Shown here in pieces: positions 1 to 9,455 of a DNA stretch of 64,000 nt. Position 1 is the first letter of the stretch, and every line of letters starts with the position of its first letter. The DNA comes from Bacteriovoracaceae bacterium (GTDB taxonomy: Bacteria > Bdellovibrionota > Bacteriovoracia > Bacteriovoracales > Bacteriovoracaceae), in NCBI GenBank assembly GCA_048270185.1, contig JBLWTJ010000001.1:416001-480000 (forward strand). Reading direction: 5' to 3'. Under the pieces are notes generated by a model that saw nothing but the letters and a program-made list of their open reading frames with translations, was not told the DNA's origin and searched no databases. The translations under genes were made by a program, and so were the position numbers.

Positions 1-7
1 CCCTTAC

Positions 8-475
8 CTACTTAGTTCCTGTTGAACCAAAGCCACCAGCTCCGCGTTGTGTATCACTTAATTCTTCCACTGCACTGATTCTGGCCTGCCACACAGGTGC
101 CATTACCATTTGAGCAATACGCTCACCGTGCTTAATCACAAAGTCTTCCTTGCCGAAGTTTCCAAGAATGATCTTAACTTCTCCGCGGTAATCACAATCA
201 ATTGTTCCTGGAGAATTTACAACGAGAAGATCTGTCTTAAATGAAAGCCCTGAACGAGGTCTTATTTGTACTTCATATCCATGAGGTATTTCAAAGCTAA
301 GTCCAGTTGGAACAAGAACTCGCGCCCCAGGAGCAATAATAAGACTGTCTTTGTTTTCAAGATGAGCTCTAAGGTCAGCACCTGCTGCACCTGTTGTCTC
401 GTATTGTGGAAGATCGAAGCTAGAGTCGTAATGCTCTAGCTTCTTCACTTTTAAATCAACTATTCTGTCAATCAT
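8..475 (-). CDS. dut: dUTP diphosphatase (trimeric dUTPase)
   Basis: Motifs AGADL, QIRPRSGL, GTIDCDYRGE, RIAQMV, RGAGGFGSTG. Confidence 0.97.
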   Translation of the reverse strand: MIDRIVDLKVKKLEHYDSSFDLPQYETTGAAGADLRAHLENKDSLIIAPGARVLVPTGLSFEIPHGYEVQIRPRSGLSFKTDLLVVNSPGTIDCDYRGEVKIILGNFGKEDFVIKHGERIAQMVMAPVWQARISAVEELSDTQRGAGGFGSTGTK

Positions 476-496
476 ACTTCTTACTTTTGAAATGGA

Positions 497-2752
497 TTAC
501 TTATCACCACGTGGCTTTCTGTCGCCTCTTGGTTTTCTGTCATCACGACGAGGTCTGCGATCACCTCTATCACCATCTCTGGCTTCACGTGGCTCACGCT
601 TTGGAGCATCTTTTTGTGCTTCAGCTTCAGTCTTACCGTCTTTTCTCGTTAGAGCCTCAACAGCTTTGATTGAAAGTTTAGCGCGTCCCATTTTATCGAT
701 TTCAAGAACCTTGATCTTAACTGTCTGACCTTCTTCAAGGTAGTCAGCTGCATCAGTAATTCTATCTTCAGCGATTTCAGAGATGTGAACTAGTCCACCA
801 ACACCTGCTGCAATATCAACGAATGCACCGTAGTCTTTAAGTGAAGCTACTTTTGCTTCATATACTTTTCCAACTTCTGGGCCATTCATTTGTAGAGCAA
901 CTAGGGCCATACACTCATCAATTGCTTCTTGGTTAGTTGAGATGAATTTAGTAGTTCCATCTTCATCAATTTCGATAGTAAGATCGAAATCTTCTTGAAG
1001 CTTTTTAATATTCTTCCCACCAGGACCGATCAGTCCACCAATTTGGTCTTGCTTGATTTGCATTGACTTCATTACCGGTACACCGTCTTTCAGTGTCTTT
1101 CTTTCAACAGAAATTGTCTTTGCCATCTCTTCTAGAATATGAAGACGACCTTCTCTTGCTTGGGCCATTGCCTTTTCAACAATTTCCTTTGTAAGACCTG
1201 TGATCTTGATATCCATTTGAATTGCTGTAATACCTTCAGTCGTACCAGCAACTTTAAAGTCCATGTCACCTAAGTGATCTTCATCACCAAGGATATCTGT
1301 TAGGATCTTGAATCTTTCACCATCAGTTACTAGACCCATTGCAATTCCCGCCACTGGAGCCTTAAGAGGAACACCAGCATCCATTAGGGCCATTGAACCT
1401 GAACAAACAGAACCCATTGAAGAAGAACCATTTGACTCTAGAACCTCACATACAAGACGAGTTGTATATGGGAATTCTGTAGGGATAACTGCTTTAAGAG
1501 CACGTTCAGCTAGGTTTCCGTGACCTTGTTCACGACGTCCAACACCACGAACACCACGTGCTTCACCTACCGAGTATGGAGGAAAGTTATAGTGTAGGTA
1601 GAATTGATCTTCACTAGTTCCGATAATTCGGTCACTCATTTGAGCACCTTTGCTACCACCTAGAGTAACAGCGGCCATAACTTGTGTTTCACCACGAGTA
1701 AATAGAGATGAACCGTGTGGTACTTTTAAAACATCAATTTCAGTTTCGATTTCACGAACTTCTGCAAGTCCACGTCCAGCGATACGCTTATCTTCATCTA
1801 AGATATCACCACGTAGCATTTCATACATTAGCTCATCAACACCTTTATAGGCTTCTTTACCAAAAGAATCACCTTCAGATAAACCAAAAGCTTCTGGAGC
1901 TTCGGCCATTGCGGCTTTAACTTGAGCTTCGATTGCTTTTACAGCTTTTTGTCTTTCTAGCTTGTCTGTAATTTTCAGTGCTTCACGAGCAGTAGCTGTG
2001 TAGTCAGTTCTAATTTTTGCAAGCATTGTTTCGTTAGCAGCTGCTGAAACGAATTCACGCTTAGCCTTACCAACTTCTTTTTGAATGTCTTTAAGGAATG
2101 AAACAAATCCTTCGATTTCTTTTTGACCAAAGAAGATAGCATCAAGTACATCTTGCTCTGGAGCGATTTTTGCTTCACCTTCAACCATAAGAATTGCATT
2201 GTCACTTGCTGCAACAACGATTTCCATGTCTGAGTTTTCCCATTGATCGTGATCTGGGTTGATCACGAAATTCCCGTCAACACGTCCAACTTTACAAGTA
2301 CCAATTGGTCCTGCAAATGGAATGTCTGAAATAGTTAATGCAGCTGATGCACCAAGTGCAGCCAGAACCTCTGGGTCACCTTCTGGTGAGTAAGAGATAA
2401 CAGTACATGAAATAACAGTATCAAACATATACCCGTGTGGGAAAAGAGGTCTAAGAGGTCTATCAATTAGACGAGCATTAAGAGTCTCACCTGTTGAAGG
2501 ACGACCTTCTCTTTTTAAGAATCCACCAAGGAATTTCCCTGCTGAATAGAATTTTTCAGTGTACTCAACTAAAAGTGGGAAGAAGTCTTGCCCATCTTTT
2601 ACTTCAGTTGCAGATGTTGCAGTAACTAGAACTTGTGTACCACCACAAGATACGATTACAGACGCGTCTGCTTGCTTGGCCATACGGCCAGTTTCAATTG
2701 TAACTTCCTTACCACCAAAGTTGTAAGTAAACTCTCGTTTGTTGTTTAACAT
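497..2752 (-). CDS. pnp: Polyribonucleotide nucleotidyltransferase (PNPase)
   Basis: RLIDRPLRPLF, RREQGHG, ESNGSSSM, EDHLGDMDFKVAGT, KH and S1 domains; start placed at ATG 2752 behind a GGAG SD; R/D-rich C-terminal tail. Confidence 0.98.
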   Translation of the reverse strand: MLNNKREFTYNFGGKEVTIETGRMAKQADASVIVSCGGTQVLVTATSATEVKDGQDFFPLLVEYTEKFYSAGKFLGGFLKREGRPSTGETLNARLIDRPLRPLFPHGYMFDTVISCTVISYSPEGDPEVLAALGASAALTISDIPFAGPIGTCKVGRVDGNFVINPDHDQWENSDMEIVVAASDNAILMVEGEAKIAPEQDVLDAIFFGQKEIEGFVSFLKDIQKEVGKAKREFVSAAANETMLAKIRTDYTATAREALKITDKLERQKAVKAIEAQVKAAMAEAPEAFGLSEGDSFGKEAYKGVDELMYEMLRGDILDEDKRIAGRGLAEVREIETEIDVLKVPHGSSLFTRGETQVMAAVTLGGSKGAQMSDRIIGTSEDQFYLHYNFPPYSVGEARGVRGVGRREQGHGNLAERALKAVIPTEFPYTTRLVCEVLESNGSSSMGSVCSGSMALMDAGVPLKAPVAGIAMGLVTDGERFKILTDILGDEDHLGDMDFKVAGTTEGITAIQMDIKITGLTKEIVEKAMAQAREGRLHILEEMAKTISVERKTLKDGVPVMKSMQIKQDQIGGLIGPGGKNIKKLQEDFDLTIEIDEDGTTKFISTNQEAIDECMALVALQMNGPEVGKVYEAKVASLKDYGAFVDIAAGVGGLVHISEIAEDRITDAADYLEEGQTVKIKVLEIDKMGRAKLSIKAVEALTRKDGKTEAEAQKDAPKREPREARDGDRGDRRPRRDDRKPRGDRKPRGDK

Positions 2753-2787
2753 AAATAACTCCATTTATATTTTTGAATGTCGGTTTT

Positions 2788-2905
2788 GAAATGTATTTTA
2801 GAATTGTTTTGAGAAATCCAAAGAATATGAAAACTTAAAAACAACGAATTTTGCTCCTAAATTTTAATATCCCTTAAATCTCAAACTCTCCTTAAAATCA
2901 ATTTC
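2788..2905 (-). promoter_or_regulatory. Long imperfect hairpin in the pnp 5' leader (candidate RNase III/autoregulatory stem)
   Basis: 2823-2844 pairs with 2851-2872 almost fully when G-U pairs on the minus-strand RNA are allowed; outer arms 2788-2814 and 2879-2905 are also partly complementary. Confidence 0.6.
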
Positions 2906-2931
2906 GTTATCTAAATTTTAACTTTTTAAAT

Positions 2932-2964
2932 AAAAAAAAGGAAGCATAAAGCTTCCTTTCTTTT
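2932..2964 (-). terminator. Rho-independent terminator after rpsO
   Basis: AAAGGAAGC-ATAAA-GCTTCCTTT hairpin with an 8-U tail on the minus strand. Confidence 0.85.
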
Positions 2965-2972
2965 GTCTTGGA

Positions 2973-3251
2973 TTACTTTCTTAGACCAAGTTTCTTAATT
3001 AAGTTTTTGTAGCTTTCTTCGTTGTTAGTAGCTACGTACTTAAGAAGACGACGACGACGTCCAATCATCTTAAGTAGACCACGGTTTGAACTGTAGTCAT
3101 GCTTGTTAGCAGCAAAGTGACCTTTAAGGTTGTTGATTCTAGTAGTTAGAATAGCAACTTGAACCGCTGCACTTCCGCTGTCTTTTTCACCTGCACCAAA
3201 TTCTTTTCCGAATTCAGCAACGATTTCAGCTGTTTGAGCTTTTGTAATCAT
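2973..3251 (-). CDS. rpsO: 30S ribosomal protein S15
   Basis: DSGSAAVQVAILT..HF..NKHDYSSNRGLLKMIGRRRRLLKY..LGLRK; ATG 3251 behind a GGAG SD. Confidence 0.98.
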   Translation of the reverse strand: MITKAQTAEIVAEFGKEFGAGEKDSGSAAVQVAILTTRINNLKGHFAANKHDYSSNRGLLKMIGRRRRLLKYVATNNEESYKNLIKKLGLRK

Positions 3252-3332
3252 AATTTTCTCCATACTTACCACAGGACCGAGGATAGAAGTTATTTTCTAA
3301 ACCAAGCCAAGGGCGCTATAATTTTGTGCATA

Positions 3333-4373
3333 TTATCTTATAATATCACTCATGTAAACCTTTAAATTCTCAAGTAAACGGGCCTCGATTTGTCTAATTC
3401 GCTCTCTTGAGACACCATAGTCGTCTGCAACGGCCTGTAGTGAGCGCGGGGCATCATTTAAAAGCCTCTCACGAAAGATTTCTTTATCTCTGGGCTTTAG
3501 GCCTTGAATAAATTGATCCAGGTTATCTTGTAATAATTTCAGAGACTGCTTGAACTCGACATCCAGCGTAAAGTCGTTATCACCTGGTAGCAAATCTCCA
3601 ACAGTTGCTGTTGAGTCACCAATTGGCGTATCGATACTAAACTCAGTACCACCCTCACCTAAGCGCATATCCATCAAGGCAACGGCCTTCTCACTAACAT
3701 CTAGGTTTTGGGCAATAGTCTTGTGATCCGGTTTAATCCCCTGTGCCTCAAGACGTTCTTTTTCACGCATAAGATTATAAAAGAGCTTCTTTTGCTCATT
3801 TGTTGAGCCAAGCTTAACAAGTTTAAAGTTATCTAAAATGAACTTAAGGATATATGACTTGATCCACCAAGAAGCATAATATGATAATTTTGCACCCTTA
3901 TCTGGCTCAAATAATGAGACGGCCTTCATAAGGCCAATATTCCCCTCTTGAATAAGATCCATTACATTAGCATGGGCGCTCTTGTAATCCATGGCAATCT
4001 TCACAACAAGGCGTAGATTTGAAACAACTAGCTTCTTGGCAAGTTCGATATCACCAGTTTCACGAAATTGTTTAACGAGGGCCTTTTCTTGTTCAGGCGA
4101 TAGTAGTTCATAGCGAGAGATTTCTTTTAAGTATTGATTAAGCTTATTATCACTACGACTAGGAACTGGAAGTTTAGAAGATATGGCCGGAAGAGTTTCA
4201 CTGATTAATTCAATTTCTTCTTCAAGAGTAAGACCAGAGTCAATCTTAGGAGAGATATCAACATAGTCCTCTACATCTTCGATATCATCTGAACTTGTCT
4301 CTTCGACAGATGGAAGAATTTCGTAATCGAATTCCTTTGAATCTTTAATATCTTTACTATTAGATTTTGCCAT
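3333..4373 (-). CDS. rpoH: RNA polymerase sigma-32 family factor
   Basis: Sigma70 regions (NLRLVVKIA, DLIQEGNIGLMKAV, VSRERIRQIE) plus RpoH box QKKLFYNL; acidic N-terminal extension. Confidence 0.88.
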   Translation of the reverse strand: MAKSNSKDIKDSKEFDYEILPSVEETSSDDIEDVEDYVDISPKIDSGLTLEEEIELISETLPAISSKLPVPSRSDNKLNQYLKEISRYELLSPEQEKALVKQFRETGDIELAKKLVVSNLRLVVKIAMDYKSAHANVMDLIQEGNIGLMKAVSLFEPDKGAKLSYYASWWIKSYILKFILDNFKLVKLGSTNEQKKLFYNLMREKERLEAQGIKPDHKTIAQNLDVSEKAVALMDMRLGEGGTEFSIDTPIGDSTATVGDLLPGDNDFTLDVEFKQSLKLLQDNLDQFIQGLKPRDKEIFRERLLNDAPRSLQAVADDYGVSRERIRQIEARLLENLKVYMSDIIR

Positions 4374-4385
4374 TAAGGCTATTTA

Positions 4386-6080
4386 TCATTTTTTGGACTT
4401 CTCGGCCATAGAATCAATATTATTTAGTACCTCTAAGGACTTAATTTCCTTAGCATCTCGTTCAGAAAGCTCTGATATAACACGCTTATTGCGGATTGCC
4501 ACAAGCGCAAAAGGAGCAATTCGTATATTGACTCTAATACTTACTTGGCGAGATTTTGGCAGAATGAGCTCTTCAAGTGTGTCAAATTGTCTAAGAACTT
4601 CCTTCATCATTACAGTCAATAGATCGGAGTTAACGGAATAAGTGGCAAGAAGATCTTTAACCTTTTCATAATCTTTAGCAATATATGCATTAAGTCTAGT
4701 TTTGAGTAACTCAATACTATCCTCGTCATTAGCATTGACGGCAATTTTATATTGTTCAAAGATCCAATCGAGATCCTTGGCCGGAAATTTAATATCAAAA
4801 TTTAATGTGATCATATTCTCATCATTAGTGGCTCGATCAAACTCACCATTGACAACATTGAAGTTAATTTGTGGACGGCCCTCTGCTCTAATAAAACGAT
4901 CGGAGGCTAAGCGATCAACTTGCATTTCAAGTGCATCTTCATACATGACATAATCCACTCGTCTTGCAAGAAGATCCTTTGCCCAAAAATTCCAAAGCCC
5001 ATCGTTTGAGATAGAGATATATCTTTTAATCATCTCAGAACTCTGGGTCCAAACGTTAAAATCAGGAATACGAGTCAGTAGTGCAATGAACTGTCCTATA
5101 AGACGTTCTTCTTGTTTATCAAATTGTTTTAAATGATCCTTAAAATTCTTATCTATATTTGGAGAATAGCTTTGTGTGGCCGTTTGAAAATTTCGACAAT
5201 AGATAGTAGATAAATCGTAGGCCATATTAGATGAACCAATTGGTTTTGCTATTTCTTGAGTAAAATTACTCAAGGTCTTAGGACGACAAATTTGATTCTT
5301 ACAAAGTGCTACCTTCTGATCTTTTAGCTTGTCATTAAAAGTGTGTGTTTCAAGTCCAGTCATTTCTCTAATAATGTAGCTCATAATAACTGGCGATCTT
5401 AAGAAAGGTGCCATCTTTCGTAGAAATTGAACTTGGCCACCCCATGAGCAAGCATAACTAAAAACACCTGTTGTATAATAGAGTTCATTAACAAGAACTT
5501 CATTTTCACTTTGTACTTCAGATACTTTTTCCGTAAATAGCTTCTTTGATATGTCTTGAGGAACTGAAATCGCTTCTTGCGAATCGAAATCTTGTTTAAA
5601 GAGATACTTCAAAAGTCGATGACTATAGAGAGTTGTATTTTGTGAACAACTACCGATTAGGCCATCAACCAAATTATCGTATTGTTCGCTATCAAATTGT
5701 AGTTTCTTCGCATAGGTGGCAATAGCACTAATCGAATAATTCATCATTTTATATTGAAGAGTTGCAATCATTGAGCGTATAAACTCATCTCTTTCAAAGG
5801 CATTTTTAAAATTAACAGGTGCTTTATTTTCACGACAAAAATAATCAAGATTTTCTGATTCGAGATAAAACTTACGATAATTATCAAGTAAGGTAAAATT
5901 CTCAGGAGTATTTTCAACGCGGGATTTTGAAATAGAAAACTTTAAATTATCAAAGATTTTATTTCCCTGTCTCTCAAGTCCTGAAACGAACTGAGACTGG
6001 GCACAGACACTTGTTGCGACAATAGTTATTAAGGTAAAAAGAAGTGGCCTAAATCCGTTTATACCCACATTGTTTCCCAT
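4386..6080 (-). CDS. Hypothetical secreted protein, Cys-containing
   Basis: 564-aa ORF with a signal-peptide-like N-terminus; no recognised motif. Confidence 0.75.
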   Translation of the reverse strand: MGNNVGINGFRPLLFTLITIVATSVCAQSQFVSGLERQGNKIFDNLKFSISKSRVENTPENFTLLDNYRKFYLESENLDYFCRENKAPVNFKNAFERDEFIRSMIATLQYKMMNYSISAIATYAKKLQFDSEQYDNLVDGLIGSCSQNTTLYSHRLLKYLFKQDFDSQEAISVPQDISKKLFTEKVSEVQSENEVLVNELYYTTGVFSYACSWGGQVQFLRKMAPFLRSPVIMSYIIREMTGLETHTFNDKLKDQKVALCKNQICRPKTLSNFTQEIAKPIGSSNMAYDLSTIYCRNFQTATQSYSPNIDKNFKDHLKQFDKQEERLIGQFIALLTRIPDFNVWTQSSEMIKRYISISNDGLWNFWAKDLLARRVDYVMYEDALEMQVDRLASDRFIRAEGRPQINFNVVNGEFDRATNDENMITLNFDIKFPAKDLDWIFEQYKIAVNANDEDSIELLKTRLNAYIAKDYEKVKDLLATYSVNSDLLTVMMKEVLRQFDTLEELILPKSRQVSIRVNIRIAPFALVAIRNKRVISELSERDAKEIKSLEVLNNIDSMAEKSKK

Positions 6081-6109
6081 TAGTTTTATTCCATAAACTT
6101 TCCTTTAAG

Positions 6110-6136
6110 TTATCGGAATTATTCCCGAAAGGTTTA
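6110..6136 (-). promoter_or_regulatory. Sigma28 (FliA)-like promoter for 4386..6080
   Basis: TAAA-N15-TCCGATAA on the minus strand; overlaps TTAA-N15-CCCGAAAG on the plus strand (6105-6131). Confidence 0.65.
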
Positions 6137-6149
6137 ATAAGGAAATGAA

Positions 6150-7583
6150 ATGAACATAAGAAGAATAAATCTTGCCCTATTCTTAATTTTGATCGCTTTT
6201 AGCTCGCTAGCAAGGCCACTTAATCGCGCGACTAAAACAGAGCTTGATCCTCCATATAATATCTATGGAGAAATTGAAGCTGATTATTTTAATAATGGAC
6301 TTCAAGTAGATAAGCGTGAAACATTTCTTAACCAGTTAAAAATAGCAAAATCGCTACTCATCGATGGCCACTCAAAAGATGCAATTCTAGTATTGAATAA
6401 GTTAATACAAACAACTAAGAGCTACGATAAACGACTTATCATTAATCGATTTTTGGCCTTAGCTTATTTTTCTATTTCAGATATTAATAAGAGTCGAGAA
6501 ATATTGGATTCAATTCCGGATACGGCAACATGGCTCTACCAGAATTGTAGCTTAAAAATTATCTCGACTTTATCACTACCAAAAACACAAAATGATAAAA
6601 TTAATAAAACATTCAACGACTGTATTAATCACTACCGAGTACGAGGTGATAATATTAGAGATACTTGGTTAAGATTAGTTCTTGAAAGAAAAATCAAAGG
6701 CCACGTTGTTAATTATAAAGTAAGAGATTTATTTGCTTCTAATAATTTAGAAACCATCAATACCATTTTAAAATATGGGATTTACTTTGATGAAAATAAA
6801 CAAATATTAAAATTCTACGACTTAATTCCTGTAGAACTATATGCTGATGAACAACTAAGAACTCTCGTAGCAACAAATCTCTATAATAACGCAGAATTCG
6901 ACAGGGCCTTAAAACTAGTCAATAGCTTAAATAATACAAATGCCAATAATATAAAAGGAATTGAAGAAGTAAAAAAAGAAAACTATAAGACAGCTTATTC
7001 TCACTTCATTTCAAATCTATTAACTAAACCATATTCAATCAATGCAAATATTAGCATTCTTGCTTCAGCGATACTCAGTAATAACTACAAACAGGCGAGA
7101 ACTGCACTATCAAAAATTCCTGTATCCTATGAACTTAGACGAGAAAAACAACTACTTCGCATTAATATTCTCCTTAAAGAAGGAAAATTTAAAGAGGCCA
7201 CATACCTAATGAACAATCTTGATATTGACTATAGTAAGAAGCTTCCTTATGAAGCTGCTATTCTAAGTACATATTTGAAATTATTAAAAGATGACGACGA
7301 ATGGAAAAGCTTAAGTGACTCATCTTGCTTAAGTAAGAACGTCATTAGTTGCTGGCTACATATGCAATCTAAAGTATGGCAAAGCTATCCTACTCAAATA
7401 GTTAATAGTGATGAAAAGATGGAAGCTAAGACAATTCAATCAAGACTTAATTCCATGATTACTAAAAAAGAACATAAAGAATTTAATGAGCCGACACTTA
7501 TCTATCAAAAAGATATATATGAATTAGACCTCGTCAGCTATCCTGAACTTAAAAAGAGTATCGATAGCCAAAGTTTACAATAG
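6150..7583 (+). CDS. Hypothetical secreted alpha-helical (TPR-like) protein
   Basis: Signal peptide (..AFSSLA), repeated helix-pair patterns; 35-bp convergent overlap with the next gene. Confidence 0.7.
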   Translation: MNIRRINLALFLILIAFSSLARPLNRATKTELDPPYNIYGEIEADYFNNGLQVDKRETFLNQLKIAKSLLIDGHSKDAILVLNKLIQTTKSYDKRLIINRFLALAYFSISDINKSREILDSIPDTATWLYQNCSLKIISTLSLPKTQNDKINKTFNDCINHYRVRGDNIRDTWLRLVLERKIKGHVVNYKVRDLFASNNLETINTILKYGIYFDENKQILKFYDLIPVELYADEQLRTLVATNLYNNAEFDRALKLVNSLNNTNANNIKGIEEVKKENYKTAYSHFISNLLTKPYSINANISILASAILSNNYKQARTALSKIPVSYELRREKQLLRINILLKEGKFKEATYLMNNLDIDYSKKLPYEAAILSTYLKLLKDDDEWKSLSDSSCLSKNVISCWLHMQSKVWQSYPTQIVNSDEKMEAKTIQSRLNSMITKKEHKEFNEPTLIYQKDIYELDLVSYPELKKSIDSQSLQ

Positions 7584-9378
7584 CGCCACTCATATCGACA
7601 TCACTGCTATTAGTAGCTGTCGTTGAGATAATCGAATATGAATGATTTAAGTAACTAAATTCCCCATACAGGAAACTGCGTCTATTTAACCAATAATCGG
7701 CCTTAGCTCCAAAGTAAAAGCCGACACCACTTTCGATATTATATTGATCATCTTCATTGGTCATATTGTATTTTAGGCCACCATGGATAAAGAGCGTAAA
7801 GCGCTTTAAATCAATTAATCTAAAACCAACTTCCCCAATAAAATTAGTGAGAGTTGCACTTGTAATTCTATTATCCGCAGTTAAAACAATCGGCTCTTCA
7901 TCAATGGCAATTTGAGTACTTGCATAGAAAGCACCACCAAAATGAAAATCTAGTCCGAGATTCATTTGATAAAATCTTTCAACTTCATTAGAAAGTGAAG
8001 TGAGCTCAAAATTTTCATTTAAAAGTCTAAACTTTGCAAAAGGCCTAAAGCTCCCATTGCCAATTAAGATAATATCAAACTCAAGGCCTCGTTTTGAAAA
8101 CGAATAATCAGCATTATTATATGAGTGAGTATATGACTGATCGACTAAAGAGAGTCCGATGATATTGGCAGAAAAACGCTCAGCTGTGGTCATCTTATTT
8201 CTTTGAGCATTCTTAAAACTAGCTAAAAGAAGATTGCTCTTAAGAAGGTTATTTAGTTTTTGTGAGTTCTCAAGTGATTCATGAGTGTTATTAACAACAA
8301 CAAAACCTCGATTAGGATCAATTCTCAAATTCTTTGGAGGTATGAAATTACCGTTGGCTGCGTTAATACGGCCAATCTCTTTTGGAACGTAAACCTTATA
8401 AACTTCATTAAAGATAGCACTATCCTCAGGTGGAATATAAATACCTGTACGTATATCAACAAGTCCTCCTGCCTTGGGTGCATATTTCTTCTGCGCCTCA
8501 GAGTACTGGCCACGATATAGGGCCTCTTGATCTTTGGGAGCAATGATTTCACCCTTTAGAGGGTAGCTAGCAACTGTTGCTGTCTCATCATCACCACCTT
8601 GGTCATAGCGAGTCATATCAACATAGGTATTGCGATATAAAAGCGTAAATTGAATCGGGTTAATCTTTACAGGAATGGAAACAGGTCTTGCATCGTGGAA
8701 GGTTGCACTATATTGGCCACGTTCAACTAGGCTTACATCTTTTAGTCGATTGCCGAATAATAGCTCGTTAATTAGCGTAGTATGCGTTCTAACAGAATCA
8801 TCATTCATGAATTTATAATTTAGCTTTCTTTCACGAACGCTGCGACGATATGTAAGTCTGCGACCGGCGCTAAATTTGGCAGAACGATCAATCCTCTTAA
8901 GTCGAGACTCTCCACGAAAGGAGATGAGCCCTGAAACATTATTAAAGAGATTATATGAAAGAAGAGCATCACCATCCTCAACGCCAAAGATTGCACTATT
9001 AGTTCTTACATAAATTCGATCATAATGGTTATCAGCAACCTTACGCTGCTTTTTAGCTATAATACGCAATAGTCCATCATGTAATGAAAAGAAATCACCA
9101 TAACGATCATTGGTTAGTTCAACAGTCATTTTTGACTCTGGTGCTAGAATAAGAATATCACCACGATCATTAACTATTCTTGCATATGAGTTATTCGAAG
9201 TAATGACAAGTGAACTACTTGTAACCTCAATTGGGCCAGACATCTCTGAAGTATCAATTTTTTGAACTAGATCATTCTTAATAATAGTGACTTCACCACG
9301 GCCACTTGTGATAACAAGGGCCTCAGTATAAGTTGAAAATAAAAGAATTGATATTAAGAAGATATTTCTTAGAAACAT
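7549..9378 (-). CDS. FecR-domain outer-membrane protein with C-terminal beta-barrel
   Basis: Signal peptide; FecR-like ITSNNSYARI..ILILAPESKM..LHDGLLR..VRTNSAIFGVE; alternating beta strands ending GYRYSF. Confidence 0.7.
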   Translation of the reverse strand: MFLRNIFLISILLFSTYTEALVITSGRGEVTIIKNDLVQKIDTSEMSGPIEVTSSSLVITSNNSYARIVNDRGDILILAPESKMTVELTNDRYGDFFSLHDGLLRIIAKKQRKVADNHYDRIYVRTNSAIFGVEDGDALLSYNLFNNVSGLISFRGESRLKRIDRSAKFSAGRRLTYRRSVRERKLNYKFMNDDSVRTHTTLINELLFGNRLKDVSLVERGQYSATFHDARPVSIPVKINPIQFTLLYRNTYVDMTRYDQGGDDETATVASYPLKGEIIAPKDQEALYRGQYSEAQKKYAPKAGGLVDIRTGIYIPPEDSAIFNEVYKVYVPKEIGRINAANGNFIPPKNLRIDPNRGFVVVNNTHESLENSQKLNNLLKSNLLLASFKNAQRNKMTTAERFSANIIGLSLVDQSYTHSYNNADYSFSKRGLEFDIILIGNGSFRPFAKFRLLNENFELTSLSNEVERFYQMNLGLDFHFGGAFYASTQIAIDEEPIVLTADNRITSATLTNFIGEVGFRLIDLKRFTLFIHGGLKYNMTNEDDQYNIESGVGFYFGAKADYWLNRRSFLYGEFSYLNHSYSIISTTATNSSDVDMSGAIVNFGYRYSF

Positions 9379-9411
9379 TAAGTATCCCAAAGTAAAATTA
9401 CAATTAGTATA

Positions 9412-9439
9412 ATTTTACTGGAAACTAGATATTGGTCAA
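9412..9439 (-). promoter_or_regulatory. Sigma70-like promoter
   Basis: TTGACC-N16-TAAAAT on the minus strand upstream of the FecR-barrel gene. Confidence 0.5.
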
Positions 9440-9455
9440 CAAGGAATATCGACGA

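Noticed and set aside
487..2217. Short alternative-frame and antisense ORFs within pnp, and similar shadow ORFs in secA, prkA, mdh, trxB and phnE
   Set aside because: Fully nested in well-supported genes, with no SD or recognisable motifs; expected from codon bias
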